A program made the position numbers and the translations under genes. This document shows, piece after piece, positions 62,058 to 64,000 of a DNA stretch of 64,000 nucleotides. Location of the stretch: NCBI GenBank assembly GCA_963729895.1, contig CAVSQB010000016.1, positions 1-64,000 on the forward strand. The letters run 5' to 3'. The DNA comes from an uncultured Fibrobacterota bacterium (GTDB lineage Bacteria > Fibrobacterota > Chitinivibrionia > Chitinivibrionales > FEN-1185). Under the pieces are notes generated by a model. The model was given only the letters and a program-made list of their open reading frames with translations. It searched no databases and was not told the DNA's origin. Each line of letters opens with the position of its first letter. Position 1 is the stretch's first letter.

Positions 62058-63176
62058 TTATGCCGATACTCGGGTACGCGGAATTGCTTCTGAAATTCAC
62101 GAAGAAGAAAGACACCTCGCAGATATCTTTTATCAACCAGATAATCACTGCGGGAGAGCGCGCGCGGGATCTTGTGGCGCAAATCCTGAAATTTTCCCGG
62201 CACGGCAGCGAAGAAAAAACGCAGGTACGCCTCACCGCCATGATTTCCGAGGTGCTCGAACTGGTACGCCCGTCTGTCCCGAAGACCATTGAAATTCGCG
62301 TGTCCGCGGATACAAAGAACGACACGGTGAATGCCAATACCACCGAAATACACCAGGTTCTCATGAACCTGTGTTCCAACGCGTCTCATGCCATGCGCGA
62401 GCACGGCGGCATTCTCCAGATCGTGCTTGCCGATCATTCCGGCCCGCTTCTCGGCTGGTCTGAAGATACGGAACCCCCACAGCCGTCGTGCGTGCGGTTC
62501 ACCGTTCGGGATACCGGGCACGGCATCAAGCCCGAGATTCTCACAAGGATTTTCGACCCGTTCTTCACAACAAAGAGACAGGGCGAGGGAACGGGCATGG
62601 GGCTCTCCGTTGTCCACGGGATTGTCAAAGGATGCAACGGGTCGATTTCTGTGGAAAGCGAGGTGAACGCGGGCACCGCCTTCCACATCTATCTGCCGAC
62701 CGTGGCGCCCGCAGCCGACGGAAAGCCCGAGACGAGCGACGAAACCTGCAGTCTGTTAACAAAAGATATCAATATCCTTTTTCTGGACGACGAGCCTATG
62801 ATCGCCTTGATGGCGGAGGAGATGCTTCGTTTTATAGGATTCTCGATATCAAGCCTTACCAACAGCAGGGTTGCGTTGGACATCTTTACCGCAAATCCCA
62901 TGCAGTTCGACATCGTCATTACCGACCAGACGATGCCGGGGCTCACCGGCCTGGAACTTTCGCGTAAGATGCTTGAGCTGAGGCCCGACCTGCCCATTAT
63001 CCTTTGCACCGGTTACAGCGAAACTGTTTCGGCGGAAATGGCAAAAACCATGGGAATCGCCGAGTATCTGGCCAAACCGGTTGATTTCGACAAACTGAAG
63101 AGGATAATCGTGCAGTTAGTGAACAAGGCGGAAACTGCGGCACGGTAAACCGAGACCCTTGCCCGGTTTTCGTCAC

Positions 63177-63701
63177 TCAGGCCCGAAGCGCCTTTTCGGT
63201 GTATCCGATGAGTGCTTTTGTCAACCGTATCGCGCTTCGTATCTGGGTCCTTATTGTTGTCGGCTTTATCAGGACATTTCTGAATTCTATGAAGCCTTCG
63301 TCTTCAGTTTGTCCTGTCCTCGTTCTCACGAACCCCTTTTTATTCAACGTCTGCCAATTAGCATGCACGATGCTGTTTCGAAATGAGTTCAATTCGGTCA
63401 GTTTGTATCGAAGGTACAACAGTTTGATTGCGTTACCTCTTGACTTTATCTTTTCAAGTTCCAGATAGAGTTTGTGGAATAAATCGATCTTTTTGTAGGT
63501 TGATAGATTTTCGATTACCAGATGTCCCACCTGATGCGCCCGGTCATTGATTGCTTCGGAAATTGCTCCATTCAGTTCGTGCTCCAATTTGCTCCAATTG
63601 ATAATGAAAGTACCTATCAGCCGGCTGTAGGCGCCGATAGGGCTGCCTATTTTCCTGCGCGCGGGCAACGCATTTGAGGGCGGTCTGGTTTTTTCATTCA
63701 T
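63177..63701 (-). CDS. Hypothetical helical protein with HEPN-like RxxxxH motif
   Basis: RNSIVH with an upstream WS.LE..L helix; AT-richer than its neighbours. Confidence 0.6.
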   Translation of the reverse strand: MNEKTRPPSNALPARRKIGSPIGAYSRLIGTFIINWSKLEHELNGAISEAINDRAHQVGHLVIENLSTYKKIDLFHKLYLELEKIKSRGNAIKLLYLRYKLTELNSFRNSIVHANWQTLNKKGFVRTRTGQTEDEGFIEFRNVLIKPTTIRTQIRSAIRLTKALIGYTEKALRA

Positions 63702-63742
63702 TTTGTTCTGTTTGCAAAATTGTTTCCGATTGTTTTGATGCA

Positions 63743-63758
63743 GTTAGGATTCGGTTAG
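63743..63758 (-). promoter_or_regulatory. Pho-box-like pair upstream of the HEPN-like gene
   Basis: CTAAC twice at an 11-bp period; 15/16 identical to 60050-60065. Confidence 0.55.
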
Positions 63759-64000
63759 AAACCCGTGTGCGGATAGTGCCAGCTCGCCTTATCAAGACCT
63801 CATCCGCCCCAAATAACAGCATAACAGCTTCACGATTATTTCACACCTGCGTATTCCGGGGCCGGAAATCCGCAGACGACTAATAACATACTTGTCTTGA
63901 CCTAAGGAGAATAGATGCCGCACAAAACACATCAGCAATTTGATTTCGTGATACAGATAATTGGCGCTCCTCACAGCGGTAAATCCGCAATTTCTCACAT

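Larger units (their letters stand above)
60285..63148 (+). pseudogene. CBS-HisKA-HATPase-REC hybrid histidine kinase interrupted by an IS5
   Basis: Removing the IS and one target copy restores [22 protein letters not shown] in frame. Confidence 0.92.

Noticed and set aside
1..64000. CRISPR arrays, rRNA, tRNA, prophage, retron or reverse-transcriptase systems
   Set aside because: No supporting repeats, structures or ORFs seen by eye; covariance-model searches were not possible

Overview
Bacterial chromosomal window with five blocks. (1) 1-10.3 kb: the 5' part of an A2-type heme-copper (cytochrome c) oxidase operon, a MATE pump, a fatty-acid desaturase, trxB and an HtrA protease. Two nearly identical IS5-family copies are present, one sitting exactly on the oxidase subunit III stop codon. 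(2) 11-34.8 kb: a two-armed, convergent Wzx/Wzy exopolysaccharide cluster. Its priming glycosyltransferase carries a degenerate GGDEF-like domain with an RxxD site, and it includes secreted beta-helix and beta-propeller proteins. (3) 35-45 kb: stress and signalling genes (pirin, OsmC, Ser/Thr kinase, ferritin-like protein, PAS kinase, active diguanylate cyclase, bacterioferritin) plus a stand-alone copy of the degenerate GGDEF domain. About ten transcription units in 4-44 kb have -24/-12 (sigma-54-type) motifs. (4) 45.4-55 kb: pstS-porin-pstCAB-phoU-phoB-phoR-phoU. (5) 55-64 kb: genes that all share 11-bp-periodic Pho-box-like repeats: a single-domain response regulator, a secreted metallophosphatase with a YibE/F protein, a ParA-like ATPase, a CBS-domain hybrid kinase split by a second IS5 type, and a HEPN-motif protein. 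The best candidates for new biology are c-di-GMP-receptor-like control of EPS initiation and an extended Pho regulon with its own phosphorelay. No CRISPR, rRNA or tRNA was seen. Type IX secretion-like C-terminal domains hint at an FCB-group (possibly Fibrobacterota) host, which is only an inference. All calls are by eye; no database search was run.
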